A DNA stretch of 56,619 nt, counting the filler, from Sphacelaria rigidula (taxonomy: Eukaryota): NCBI GenBank assembly GCA_964200075.2. It is 7 parts of 7 records of this genome, joined end to end, with 100 filler letters (N's around TTAATTAATTAA, not from the genome) between each part and the next. Parts side by side here need not be neighbours in the genome. Positions count along the whole stretch, not along the records: positions 1 to 8,004 come from CAXNAA020012681.1; positions 8,105 to 16,108 come from CAXNAA020012682.1; 5 more parts are not named here. One strand, given 5' to 3'. The notes beneath the pieces were generated by a model. That model worked only from the letters and a program-made list of their open reading frames with translations. It made no database searches and was not told where the DNA came from. Positions 1 to 11,556 of this stretch are shown here, piece by piece (position 1 is the first letter of the stretch; the number at the start of each line of letters is the position of its first letter). A program made the position numbers and the translations under genes.

Positions 1-168
1 GGGGGGGGGGTTGGCTCGCGGCTCCGCCGCTCGATGACCAAAGCATTATGTAACATTAACTGGTTAATGATTACGCTACGCGTGACCACTCAACTCGTGT
101 GTGGGTAGGCAAACCATTTCCGAGCTCTAATGATTTCCCACTTGGGCATCACTCTTCTTTCACTCTTT

Positions 169-1926
169 TTATCGTATGAAGAACATGGCGATTGGTGTGG
201 AACCTGGTCGCGAACGAGGGGCTTTGGCCGAATGCCGCGTGTACCTGAATCGGAACGCGTCCTCGTCCAAATCGTAAGCCTCCGCCAGCCTCAACACTTG
301 GTCGATGTGCCCATCTAAGTCGTGTGCAAGCATGAGCGTGAGCACTCTCATCACCGATATCTGAGATGAGTCAAGAGCATCGAGTCACAAAAAAGCGACC
401 CCCCCCCCCCGCGTACAGGCGATGGCCGGCACCAAAGCGTTTCAAACGGATCAGGGGGGGAAGAGGAAGGGGCGGGCGGCAAAAACTGTGACCAGCTAAA
501 TGTGAAACGATTTCAGTTGTACTGGTTTTGTCGTCTTTCCCGCGGTGGGAGCGCCGGCGTTTTCCATCGCCGATTTGGCATGTACTCTCTTGCGTCTGCA
601 GTTACCATGACGAGAAAATCTATCACGGAATACCTTCTTTTGTTTTTCGTCAATCGTTCAACGCCACCCCACCCCTCCTCGTCTTTCTACCATGACCACA
701 TACGCCCTCCTCGGGACGAGTTCGTGGTCTCAAGGGAACGAATCATCTTTCTCCCCCGGTGCACTCCTTGCACATTTGGTGTCGCCGATTTGATCATGAC
801 TATCAGCACTCCAACAGCAAGGTGAATCTGGTCAACTTTTTTTTTTGCTCTACTGACGTCGTCACGTTTTCTAGGATAAAAAGTAGATTTTCTCTCAGAA
901 AAGAAGAAAAAAAAAACGACTGCAAATGCCGGAAATCGACCGCGTATTCTCCTGCCCATTCAGTTTCAGTCGTACCAATAAACCCACCAGGGTGCGGGGG
1001 CTGTATGCTGCAACCGTAAATTGTACACACGTACGGTAGATGTGCGTTCCTCGCGATAATTACCACCTCCCATCATCACGAGCAGGCCTATCATATAGTT
1101 GCACCAAAAAAGGAAAATACCTGGATGTCCGTGACCCCAACGGCGGAGCCATCAGCTAGAGAGCTCAGCAGCCGGGAGTTTCCCATTTCGCCGCCCCCAA
1201 CCGCTCCGTCTCCACCGGTTTCCGTTTGGTGAATGCTGAATGTAACGAGAACAGCATAACCATCGATGCAAAGGAGGGGGGTCGGGGGTCAGGTGCTGGG
1301 TGCTGTGCGCATGCTGAACCCGCGATATGCCACGACTACACTGTCGAAAAGGAACACATAGCTGTGTGACGGCAAGTGTAGGACAGGGGGGTGGATCGGG
1401 GCCAGGCAAAAAAACGCGCCTACGCACATCATGCTGTGGGTGTAACAAAACGGCGTGAAACAAGAGGCAAAGACAAAAACAGTTTACATGCACTGTGCAC
1501 TCGGTCATACCTGGCTTGGAACGATCGTCCAAACACACCGCCCCCCGTTCCCCCGCCGCCGCCGTCACCGCCGCCGCCGCCCGCCCCTGCTCCGACACCG
1601 TCGGCGGAAGCGGTAGCTCTCATCTCGCCAACATCCTCGAGAAACTCCAGAAGCGAGCATAGACGCCGAAATAGTGACGGCGAGGGGTCGTCAACCCAGG
1701 GTGCATTGCCCAAAGGCCGCCTGCCAAGGCGTACCAGGGACCACCGTAAGAGAGCGAGTACGTCGCCGAGAAGACGCAAGGAGTCGGAAAGCTGTAACGA
1801 CTTCCACACGGTAGATGTGATGGAGCCTGCAGGTGTGGGACCAGAGGCGCCAACTGGTGCCGATGACGTCGTCGAGACTCCCGATGAGAAGAAATCGCGC
1901 GCGTGGGGAGCGGCTGCGGAAGCGTC
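169..1926 (-). CDS. Partial multi-exon gene, hypothetical protein (weak by-eye resemblance to the RAB3GAP2 C-terminal region)
   Basis: Phase-compatible GT-AG exons: 1926-1511 (DASAAAPH...VWKSLQLSDSL...LCSLLEFLEDV...FQA), 1235-1121 (IHQTETGG...GVTDIQ) and 360-169 (ISVMRVLTLMLAHDLDGHIDQVLRLAEAYDLDEDAFRFR...). An alternative donor at 245 (CAG|GTACAC) would continue the gene off the contig. A further exon at about 827-704 is possible. The product assignment is tentative. Confidence 0.55.
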
Positions 1927-1997
1927 CTGCGTGAGGCGTCGATAAGGATGAGGTCGAGGTTAATCCACACAGAGCGTTCGATCACTCGGCAGGCTGC

Positions 1998-2152
1998 TAT
2001 TATGATCATGATTATGACTATTATGATTTTGATAATGATAATGATAATAATGATAATTATATCATATACAATATAAAATATATAATATATAATGAGAATA
2101 ATGATAATTATTATTATTATTATTATCACTATCATTATCATTATCATCATCA
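1998..2152. repeat. Imperfect (ATT/ATC/ATG/ATA)n trinucleotide microsatellite
   Basis: Directly visible; it produces the spurious poly-Ile ORF 1620..2153. Confidence 0.9.
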
Positions 2153-2640
2153 TTAAAAATACAAGGAATTCGGACGCGGGGGCCTACGGCCCCCTCGTCC
2201 TTCGGTGTACTGTGGTGCCATGACGTTGAGACTGGTGAGAAATGTTACGAAGAGTGACGGTGATGTTGGAAAGAAGGAGGACAGATTTGGTGGGAGAAGT
2301 TTGTGGCGTGTAGATGAACACCTGTCGTGTAAATGGGTGCAACGTTGTTGCGGTTGCTTGAAAGCTGCACGAAAGAGCGACGATCGAAAGCCGCTCAATT
2401 AAAATCTTGAAATCCAAAGTCTTCAACTCATGTAGACTTACGTCTCGAGTTGACATGAGAACCACATCGGAGCCGGAAATGTGAAGGACAGTGGATGAAG
2501 GAAAGCACAGTTGATGTCACCATGACAACAATTTACGGATAACGATCTAACTACAACGTTAGAAGCTAAAACGCCGTTTAGGACGACGAAAAGAACGTTC
2601 AGAAGCTATCGTAATATTCAGCTATTGTTGAAGGTCAGCT
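1998..2640 (-). mobile_element. Probable 5'-truncated non-LTR retrotransposon 3' end with microsatellite tail
   Basis: A minus-strand reading frame (...RCTHLHDRC...PNSLYF*) stops at 2153, immediately before an (ATG/ATA)n tail, which is typical LINE 3' architecture. No catalytic motif was seen. Confidence 0.35.
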
Positions 2641-2667
2641 GCCGACGTTCAACAGTAGCTAAATATC

Positions 2668-3090
2668 AGGGATGTGTACGGAGGACAATCCGCTCCGCGG
2701 TGCGGATTTCTTTTTTTCGAAACCTCACGGAGCGGAGCGGGGCGGAGCGGGGCGGATATCCGTATGTGTGGAAAATCACGGATTACGACGGTGCGGATAT
2801 CCGCCAACGAAAATGTCACGGTGCGGTGCGGATTTTTTTTATATGGTACGGAGCGGAGCGGATATCCGTCGGTGGGAAAAGTCACGGGTTTTCACGGGGC
2901 GGATATCCGCCAATGAAAATGTCACGGATTATTGCGGAGCGGATATCCGTGGCATGGATTTTTTCACGGAGCGGATTGCCCGCCTCCGTGGAACAATCCG
3001 CACAAACCGCGGCAATTCCCCGCGGTGCACCGTCGCAGTAATCCGTGAAACCGATACGGGTATCCGCGAAAAATGTATGGATATCCGCGG
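2668..3090. repeat. Degenerate array of GCGGATATCCG / GCGGATTT / AAAATGTCACGG motifs, probably a DNA-transposon subterminal region
   Basis: Many copies of the palindromic core CGGATATCCG and related motifs occur in both orientations. Confidence 0.7.
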
Positions 3091-3092
3091 AT

Positions 3093-3349
3093 GACACTTT
3101 CTACGATAGCCCCCCCCCCAAAACCCGCCAAAAGTGTCACGAAAAAAATGAGCATACAGCGCCTGATGCTTGGTTTAAGGCTGCATGAAGCGCCTCATAT
3201 TGGCAATACTGGCTAAAACGAACCCAGTCGTGAGGATTCCCAGCTGCTCGTTGTGCTCGGCTTTTCCCATTTCGATTTACGTGAAAAATTTGCCTCCCAA
3301 AACCATGCACTTTGTTTTTTTGGGAGGAGGGCTATCATCGTAGAACGTG
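3093..3349. mobile_element. MITE-like element
   Basis: Imperfect terminal inverted repeats GACACTTTCTACGATAGCCCCCC...CAAAA / TTTTGGGAGGAGGGCTATCATCGTAGAACGTGTC; no coding capacity. Confidence 0.6.
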
Positions 3350-3350
3350 T

Positions 3351-4197
3351 CTCTCCCAGCAATCCGCGGCTCACTCCTCGGAAGAATTTGTGCTAAGAGA
3401 GAGTAATCTTCGCCTGTTTACTCCAGTACCTCATTCTTTGCCTTTGCCGCCATAAAAATACGTTTCGCAACCCTTCACCCCGATACTGGAACACTGGCTC
3501 CTGAACTCTTCACTTTACTAACTGTAAACCATGTTGTTCAAAAATAGACTCTGTGTATCCTCACCCCGCTTGGTATGGAAGTGAGCAGATGGCAGCGGCA
3601 ACTGCTGTGTGTCCAGGTGCCCCTTGGAGCAGGAAATCGCCAAAATATTCACCTGCAAACTCTGCTCCACTGCACTGTAAGTTGACATCGCTGGAAGGAC
3701 ACTACCATAACCACCTTGCCGGCTGCCAGACTTTCACAGACTCTCAGGACGTAGGATCCGCTAGCATTGCTACTGTCTGTACGGGGGTGTTGCCTCCTTG
3801 TCAGGTACGTTTTGGAGCATGATACTAGATGAAGATCACCCTTCCTTGTACATGGGCACCAAACGCTGGGCATGACTCAAGAGTTCGATTTGGAGGATGA
3901 TACTAGGTAGACAGCGGCAATTGCTGTGTGCCCAGGTGCCCCTTGGAGCAGGACGCGTTTGGTGTCCGTTTGACGAAGTTATCCCCAAAAACCGGAATCG
4001 ATATGGGTTTCAGAGTGGAAAAATCTAGCGAAAAGACTATCGCAAAGACCCGGTCGCAAGAATCACGACGTGAAACAAATATTCAAATATTGCAAGGATT
4101 CGATCGCAAGTATCACGACGCAAAAACGGATTCGCAAAAACCCCTTGGCTGAATTTTCACCCGCAGCAGAAACCAACTTCACTTTGTGAAATTAGAA
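3351..4197 (+). repeat. ~850-bp interspersed repeat, copy 1
   Basis: Colinear, high-similarity copy at 18322-19168 on another contig and a diverged partial copy at about 17040-17200. Contains an internal duplication of GCAGCGGCAACTGCTGTGTGTCCAGGTGCCCCTTGGAGCAGGA. Confidence 0.9.
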
Positions 4198-4269
4198 CGT
4201 TTAATATTATCGATCAAGCGCTGTTATTGTTGTCGTCGTTGTCGTCGTCGTTGTTGTTGTTGTTGTTTT

Positions 4270-5000
4270 CGTTCACCACGAATGCATGCGACCGTTGAAC
4301 GGTGATATGTTCTCCCAGTTCCAACGTTCAGACTGAATAAATATGTGTCTCCCATGATAAGTCATATGCTTCTCGTAAGGATTCTCCGTGTAGTCGACGA
4401 AGGCCTTGATATGTTGTCGCATGTTCGTTTCCCCCAAGAATCATTCACTGTGCAATAGGGTCAAGAAATACCGTAGAGTTGTCCACATGAAGACCACACT
4501 GAACCAGTGGTTACTTGGCCCGCCGCTTATATATCAATGACATGTCACCAAGAATGCCTACCATGAAGTATTCCGCGATGATGCCCTACACTAATGTCGA
4601 TTCTTTAATCATCACAAGGACTTCTCACAGAAATATTTCGGCAAGATCACGTCGAATACGTCGATCATTGTTATCGCTACGTTATCGTCAACTTCTATCC
4701 CTTTAAATGACGAACGGAAAGAGGAGATGTTCCACGCTTTTCAGCTTCAGGAAACATTTCTTGTAGCTCACACGAATGAAGCGCACATATAATATTGTTG
4801 TCGCAACGTCAACGTTAACCGCAAGAATCTATACGAAATTTATTATGCATCGCTTACGATCAACGAAACTGCAACCAGTCCGGCGAATCCCGATAAACAA
4901 TTGTATATACTCATGACACTGGGGTTCTTCCTTTTCCAATTGTGACCCCTACCGTAGCTTTTTCAACCATGGGTTGAATGCTGCTACCCTCGGCACAGCC
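4270..5000 (+). mobile_element. Highly decayed LINE reverse-transcriptase remnant
   Basis: Frameshifted motif relics in the expected RT order: STKAL/DMLSH (KAFDxVxH-like, ~4395), LYINDM (~4530) and FRDDA (FADD-like, ~4570). Preceded by a (GTT/GTC)n tract at 4225-4268. Confidence 0.3.
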
Positions 5001-5154
5001 GCCGTAAAAATCCGGATTCTGCACCGCCGGTCTCTGTGCAATCATGGCCCCGAAAAGCAGGCCATTCTTACAGATGATAGCAAGCATGGATAGCGATGTT
5101 TATGCCAATCGAACATTTTCCCACTCGTCAAACTTGAGCCACATGGCAGCACTT

Positions 5155-6567
5155 CACGGTTCGGACGAATAGAATCATCATTCGACTCATCTTCAACATT
5201 TGGACGAATCAATCATACGATTCGTGCACAAGTTGTGATTTGGACATGATTTGGGTTAGTGATTCATATGACACCGCTTTAAGTGTACACATTTCCAGTT
5301 TGTGATTCGTCCGGTACACCGTAAAAGGTACACCTTTCCTACCCTCCATTCGTATGGCGTGCATTATTGGTACATGTTTCCCAATTCTCGTTCATTCAGC
5401 ATGAATCATGGGCATGCCTTCCCCACCATCCGTTCATACAAGGTGACTCAAGCGTACATAATTCCCAATATCTGTTTAAGCAGCATGAATTATAAGTGCG
5501 TGTTCCCCACCTTCCATTCCTACGAGGTGAATCAAGCGAACAGATTTCCCATTTCCACTCATGCGCATGGTCCATGTATACATGTTCCGTACCTTCCATT
5601 CATTCAAGATGGATCAAGTGTATATGTTCCCCACTTTTCATTTATACAGCGCGGATCAAGCATGCATGTTCTCCACCTTCTGTTCATGCGATACTTCGAA
5701 TGATAAATCATGTCAACATGTTGTTTCTCACCTGCCATGTCATGGGGCACGACTCTTCGGTGGCGCGGCCCTGTTGCAGGTGGGGTTGGCAAATAAGAGC
5801 GTACAGGTCGTGAACCCCCCAAGAGCCAATACCGCAATAAACCCAATTTCAAACTTGTACTCACACGTAACACATCAACGATGGTAGTACAAGACACACT
5901 TCTGGGTGCCCACAGCGTTTTTGCTAGCCAGTCCCCCCCCCCTCGAGTTATGCTATTGACAGCCTTTGTGGTTTCATGTTGTATCCTGTGGTGCAGTTGA
6001 CTTGAATATACTGTATACAATATCATGAACACTTGCAAAGTACACAGCACCAGCCCGAGTTGTCCTCGTATGCTATCCGCAGCATACTCTGTCGTCCACG
6101 AGCAGTACGGTACAGGATGGCACAGCACGCATCTACGCACCTATAGTGCTTCTTCTTGCTGGTTTTCCCCCCATGATTGATACAGCATGGATCACGTGAT
6201 TCATTTACATGTTTTCCACCTTGCGTCGGTGAGCGTGAACCATAGATACACGCTTTCCAACTTACTTCCGTACGAGGCGAATCCAGCGTACATATTCCCC
6301 AATCTCCGTTCATGCAGCATGAATCGCACGCACATGATTCCCACCCAAGCTTCATACAGGAAATGTAATTGATACATATTTTGCACTCTTGACTCGTCTG
6401 ATACTACTTGGAGTGTACACATTCCCAGTCCGTGATTCGTGCGGTATGACCTTGAACATACAACTTTACCACCTGTTGATTCATACCGGATGACTCGTTG
6501 GTGCATGATTCGTACTCAACACTCATGTGGAGTCAACCCGTGTAAACTCTGATTCGTCCGAACCGTG
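5155..6567. mobile_element. Non-autonomous TIR DNA transposon with CACGG termini and an internal 42-bp minisatellite
   Basis: Perfect 16-bp TIR CACGGTTCGGACGAAT (5155) / ATTCGTCCGAACCGTG (ends 6567). Degenerate 42-bp units run over about 5285-5700 and 6180-6490, interrupted by unrelated sequence at about 5700-6160. Confidence 0.65.
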
Positions 6568-6693
6568 CAACACCTCAATGACGCCCGCTTTTTCTTCATC
6601 CCGTTCGGCTAGGTACGTGCTTTTATTTTTCTCGCGGGAAGGTTTTCCATGATTTTTCAGTCGCCAGAAGGGCGCTGATTGTGGTCGATACCG

Positions 6694-6694
<1 letters not shown>

Positions 6695-6764
<70 letters not shown>

Positions 6765-6770
6765 GTTGTT
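6695..6770. repeat. (GTT)n/(AAC)n microsatellite
   Basis: Directly visible; it produces the spurious poly-Cys and poly-Asn ORFs. Confidence 0.95.
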
Positions 6771-8004
6771 TTCACACTTTGACGTAGCAGGTGCCGTCGA
6801 TTTTCACTTCGTCGTCCACAACAGTCACCACGCTTGGGTCTTCCATCTGGAGCGGGACGCGATACCGAGCAAAAGGACGAGGCAAAGAATCGAAATCGCG
6901 GATACAAATGCGACGCACGTGCAGCATCATAACCTCTGGATTCCGAGATACTGTTGGATATGAAATGCGCAAGAATTCACTGTTCACGTAAACCACCCAC
7001 TGAAGTCCACAAACTGCGTGCTTGTGCATGGACTAAAATCGACACCTTCGAAATAAAAAAGGTTGAAGGCAAAAGGAAATGAGGAGGAGGAACCGATCAC
7101 CGCACATCCATGTTGAGCTCTCCTAACAGCACTCTCGAATGTACCCAAGCGCGACGACGGAACATGAACGTAGCACGCACGACAGCAACGAGGTCAGCCA
7201 CAACCCCTCGCTGCCATTCCACACACCGTTCTAGGTAATTACCCTGTGGTGCTGTGTACTGCACGTGCGTGTGTTCATATTTTTCTCGCCAAGGTACAGC
7301 TAGTTTCACACCTGAATGACACACACCCCAGCCTCCACAGTCGAGAGTCCTAGGCCCGTGAACGACACCTGGGAGCTGTCAGCCGAAACCGTCATAACTG
7401 GGTCTTGAACACCGAACAGACAACAATGGTCAGACCCAACAACGAAAAATGAACCAGAGCGACGCAGAGTATTGAGGTGAGCGATCGTTTTTCAACGAAC
7501 ACGTTTGACCCTAGCACGTGGAGCAAGGTTTGACGCATTGTTTTACTCGCTGAGGTATGCTTTCCTTCCTGACAAATTATCCACACGCCCGACAAATCAG
7601 GACACATCATGCGTGTTTCCGACGTTGTTCTTAGACACGCACGCCTTGTTTGACACGAACCGATCATCTGAGAACGTATGGAACGAACAGCCGTTCTGCA
7701 CTGAAATGCGATATCTGACAATGACTTGGAATTTTGTCTCAGTTGAATGCAATATCTGACAGCGTTCTGACATTATTGGTTGTGAAGCGAATTTAATATC
7801 GGACAACCTTGGAAAAAACTGTTGCAAATATACAGATATTCGACGTCGTTTCGGGAGGGTGCTTTGAATGAACAGATGTTCAACAACGTTTTGAGAACCA
7901 GTTGTTCGCATTACGTTCTGTTTGGCACCTAACAGCCGATTTTCGAAAATGGGGTTGAAAAACAAAATGAGGTTCAACTCAAAAGCCGTGCTTTCCCTGA
8001 CCTA
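6695..8004 (-). mobile_element. 3' part of a decayed LINE (L1/Tx1-like) ending in an (AAC)n tail, cut by the contig end
   Basis: Minus-strand frames LILFFNPIF... (resembles the L1/Tx1 ORF2 PLFxNPxF segment) and ...VRATFMFRRRAW...*, with stops and frameshifts, followed by the microsatellite tail. The RT core is not in the contig. Confidence 0.4.
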
Positions 8005-8104
8005 NNNNNNNNNNNNNNNNNNNNNNNNNNNNNNNNNNNNNNNNNNNNTTAATTAATTAANNNNNNNNNNNNNNNNNNNNNNNNNNNNNNNNNNNNNNNN
8101 NNNN
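8005..8104. other. Artificial contig spacer
   Basis: N44-TTAATTAATTAA-N44 (stop codons in all six frames). Confidence 0.98.
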
Positions 8105-8753
8105 CCGGGGTGGGTTCCGGGGTCGGGTTGTCGTACAACTGGAAGGCATAGTACCCACCGCATGTGACCGAACCATCCCCAGAGCACGCGGTAGTGCATG
8201 AAGAAGATGTGCCGTGCTTGTCGAAGTCGGTGCCAGCTCCTCCGCACCAGCACTTCATTGCATATGGCGTGGAAGGGGGGTAGTGGGTAATGGGGCACGC
8301 GGGCTTTAACACTCGGGGAACATGACAACGGCGGCTTGTGGGTGCAGGTTTTCGTGCTTCGAGACGTTCATAGAATGATCGTCTTCCGACAGCACCCGGC
8401 AATTGTGTTCAGGACTAGGTACAACCTGTCAATGTCTATCGCCCCGTACTGGCTACACTACCTTCAGCGGAAGACGAGCATGGGACCTCGAGGAAGCACC
8501 CAGCAATGATGACCATAAATGACATGCTGATAGTAATGCATTTCACCTCGGTTCCGTACTGGGTCCCGAAGTAGGGGTAGCTGGAGCAGTGGGTCGCGCA
8601 AACCAGAGGAGTCATGGAGGCGCTGGTTAACATGTTGGTCAGTACGCGGTCGTCCTTCTTGTCCGTGTAGCATCCCATGGACGCCGGGTAAGATACAGTC
8701 GGTGCCGGGGTAGTCGGTGCCGGGGTAGGCGCTGGTGTCGGGCGCGGGCTCCT
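8105..8753 (-). CDS. WSC-domain protein (probable cell-wall or secreted carbohydrate-binding protein), two internal exons
   Basis: Exon 8753-8547: PT-rich linker, then SMGCYTDKKDDRVL...MTPLVCATHCSSYPYFGTQYGTE. Exon 8252-8105: CWCG...CTTACSGDGSVTCGGYYAFQLY, then PTPEPTP. Spliced in phase 0 this gives a canonical WSC cysteine pattern. The gene runs off the contig. Confidence 0.92.
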
Positions 8754-10700
8754 CTGTTCGTACAGGATGGGGGAAGAGTAGGCGAGAGCAAACACGTGCG
8801 CCGCAAGGATGGGAAGAACTCGGCTCGTAGGGTAGATGGGTAGATTATGAAGTGCCGGAGAGAGGGGAAGATCGACAGAGTGCGACCAGACAACTGCGGT
8901 TTGGAGTGACCACTTTCCGTTCAGCTTGTAGTAAACGCGGTGGGTACGGCTTACCCCTCTCCGCCTTGCGCCCACGTAGCTTTGCATTGTGGGCGTTAGT
9001 TCTATGGTATCAAGTATGAATTTCCATCAGGTGCTAGAGGCTTCCACGAAGCCCGCGAAACATTCGTGAGCGCATGCTGCAGTCTCACCACCACGGATGA
9101 AGTAGCGGGCTGAGCGTTCCAGTTTCATGCGTTCCGAGGTACTGTCAACCCATGAAGAAAGAACGCAGTGCACTGCACGTGCCAACAGCAACGTGTGACC
9201 TTGTCAGCCGCGATAGTACACCCTACTGGGACAGTGCTTCGCAACACGATCGTATCATGATGGTAGTCGGGGTCCTCCAAAACGCGTTTGTGACTACACC
9301 GTGATAGCTCCGTGACTCTACCGTGACAGCACCACGATGCCGTCATGAAGGTACGACGGCGCCGTCATGACAGCACCGTTGCGGTTTTGTCCCACGATTG
9401 TTTTATCGCAGAGCTTTGGGGCTTCCACGACACCGTCCCCAGAGTCGTTTCCCCCGCACGTTAGTGCCACCGTAGAACTGTGTCTCATAGTTCATGCGTA
9501 AACGGTGCATATACACTTAGCGTTAATGGGTAAGCTACTAATGTCTCCGGGCGGCCTACGAGTGACAGATCGGGGTGAGAGTCACGTTCACACCTTAACC
9601 TTTCAGTATTTGCTTCTGGTGGAGCACCGGGTGAGCAGGTGCTACCCGCAATGGTAGAGCCACACCCGCCCGCACGCAACGAACGCCGACATTTTGGGTC
9701 GCATCGGCGGGTGACGAATATCACGGTACTACACAAAGGGTGGCACGTGAGGGTTTTCGGTCAACCGGATTACGATGGACTCTCGTGCATCTTATACCGT
9801 TGCAGGTAATACGTTATCCTCACAAACGTCCATGAAAGGTTCTGTGTTGCTGCTGCTCTAATACCGTGACGAGCAACGATGATTGTCTCAATGGGAGAAA
9901 TAATCATTGCGACAACGGAGGCCAGGTCCCTACCGACAGGCAGACCGCTACACTATACTCCAAATCCGTGTGAGGTAACCTCGTATTGGTTGGCTGTGCC
10001 GGCGTTTATCGTACCCTGCCCCGCTGGCAACAAGGAATAAATTGTCGTTAATCCACGAAGACACACACATCCGTGTAAGCAAGGTGCTGAACTGGTGATT
10101 TGGAAGCCGCGTGCACAGGACTACGTAAGTTACGTGGAGACCGAAAGAACGCACGTACTGTACGGGCACAGGTATACTGCTTCGACATATTGAAGTCGCA
10201 TAAACTGCTGTTTCAGTAGCCCAACAACTTAGTGCGTGCTCGTTGTACTTTTACATCAAAGTCAGGTACGGGCATCGTTTGCTTACCTGGCCGACGGCGG
10301 CCTTGAAAGATCCGGCTGCACATGTAACGTAGAAGAGGTGGCACGCAGAGAGTGGCAGGAATGGGGGCGTGAAGGCTAGCCGTTAAAAGAAACTGCTGTA
10401 TGTAGTGTGTGGGTACAGCGGATTTCAATTCATACAAAGTGACATGCTCTTATCGCACAAACGGTCGTCAAATCACATCCGAGGTACTTCCACACATGAA
10501 CGGCGAGAGAGGGAGACGAGCGTTTACAAAGAAGGGAGACAGTGGTTCACCTGAAGAAGAGATGGTATGGGCCTGAAACGTTTCCCACGACAAGACGCTG
10601 CTGCTCTCCGAAACCGGAGGGTCAGCCATTGAACACTAGATTGCTGACCCGAGAAAACAAATGTTGCATGAAAGACTTCGCTGTGTCACCTTGTCGAGAC

Positions 10701-10918
10701 TGCTGTAATGCGTGAGAGGACCGCGTGCTTAGAGGACCGCGACGTAGTTCAAAACACCTCAGGATCGACATTATTTCAAAACCAATCGGGTCAGTCCCTG
10801 GAGGTACCACGGCCCTGACCATAACCCTAACACTAGCCCTAACCCTGACCCAAATCATAGGGATGTTTAAATTCCGATGCGGTCCTCTAAGCACGCGGTC
10901 CTCTCACGCATTACACTG
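10701..10918. mobile_element. MITE with ~36-bp TIRs and internal telomere-like (CCCTAA) repeats, copy 1
   Basis: TGTAATGCGTGAGAGGACCGCGTGCTTAGAGGACCGC and its reverse complement lie at the ends; internal CCCTGA-CCATAA-CCCTAA-CACTAG-CCCTAA-CCCTGA. A second copy is at 40237-40415. Confidence 0.85.
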
Positions 10919-11556
10919 CGCCCATCAAAGGTACACAAATACTACACTTCTTGGGACATGAAGCACTGTCCAGTTCAGTTTAATACCCGCCATCATCAAG
11001 GCCGGGCATCGATCGACGTGTTTAGTTCGAGAAGAAGTATATCCAAGTTGCCATGCTTTTGTGTGAACATGTACCACTGTCCGGTGTGGTCCTACGCCCG
11101 CTATCGCCAAGGCCAGATATTGATCGACTTGTTCGGTTCAAAACTTGAGTAGCAGTTTGAATTTCCCGCGGACCTAGTCTATTGGGCTCCTTGGTTGGAT
11201 AGCTTTCTCGTCTTTATTGCCACTTCATAACGCAAGAAAGCTACACTTTCGCCCCCTGCTTTCGAAAGAACTTCAGATCCGGCCTCAGAGGGAATCTGGT
11301 CGCGCTTTGATGTTTTGTCAGTGCGCTCTTCGCGAATGTCGCGGAATCGTATACACGCAGCACAACTCCTTTGTTTTCAGTAGAAATCGACGCCTAGACA
11401 TGACCTACGAGGGGAAGTCGGCACTAAGGCGGGGAGATGAGTAACGGATGCTTCGATACTGAGTGCCTCATACACGGCGATATAAACCTAGACTGTCGAA
11501 CCATCTACTCAAGGTGCTCTGATGATGGTGTTTCGGGCGAGATAGCCGCGTCACGA

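Noticed and set aside
1391-1945. 184-aa Pro-rich plus-strand ORF
   Set aside because: It is the antisense shadow of the minus-strand exon 1926-1511, which has proper splice sites.
1620-2153. 177-aa poly-Ile membrane-like ORF
   Set aside because: It is the translation of a trinucleotide microsatellite.
5285-6490. Periodic array as a CRISPR
   Set aside because: The units are contiguous degenerate tandem repeats without unique spacers; the context is eukaryotic with no cas genes.
6623-6963. Poly-Cys and poly-Asn ORFs
   Set aside because: They are translations of the (GTT)n tract.
8005-8104. TTAATTAATTAA as a biological repeat, and ORFs reading into X runs
   Set aside because: It is an artificial spacer repeated identically six times.
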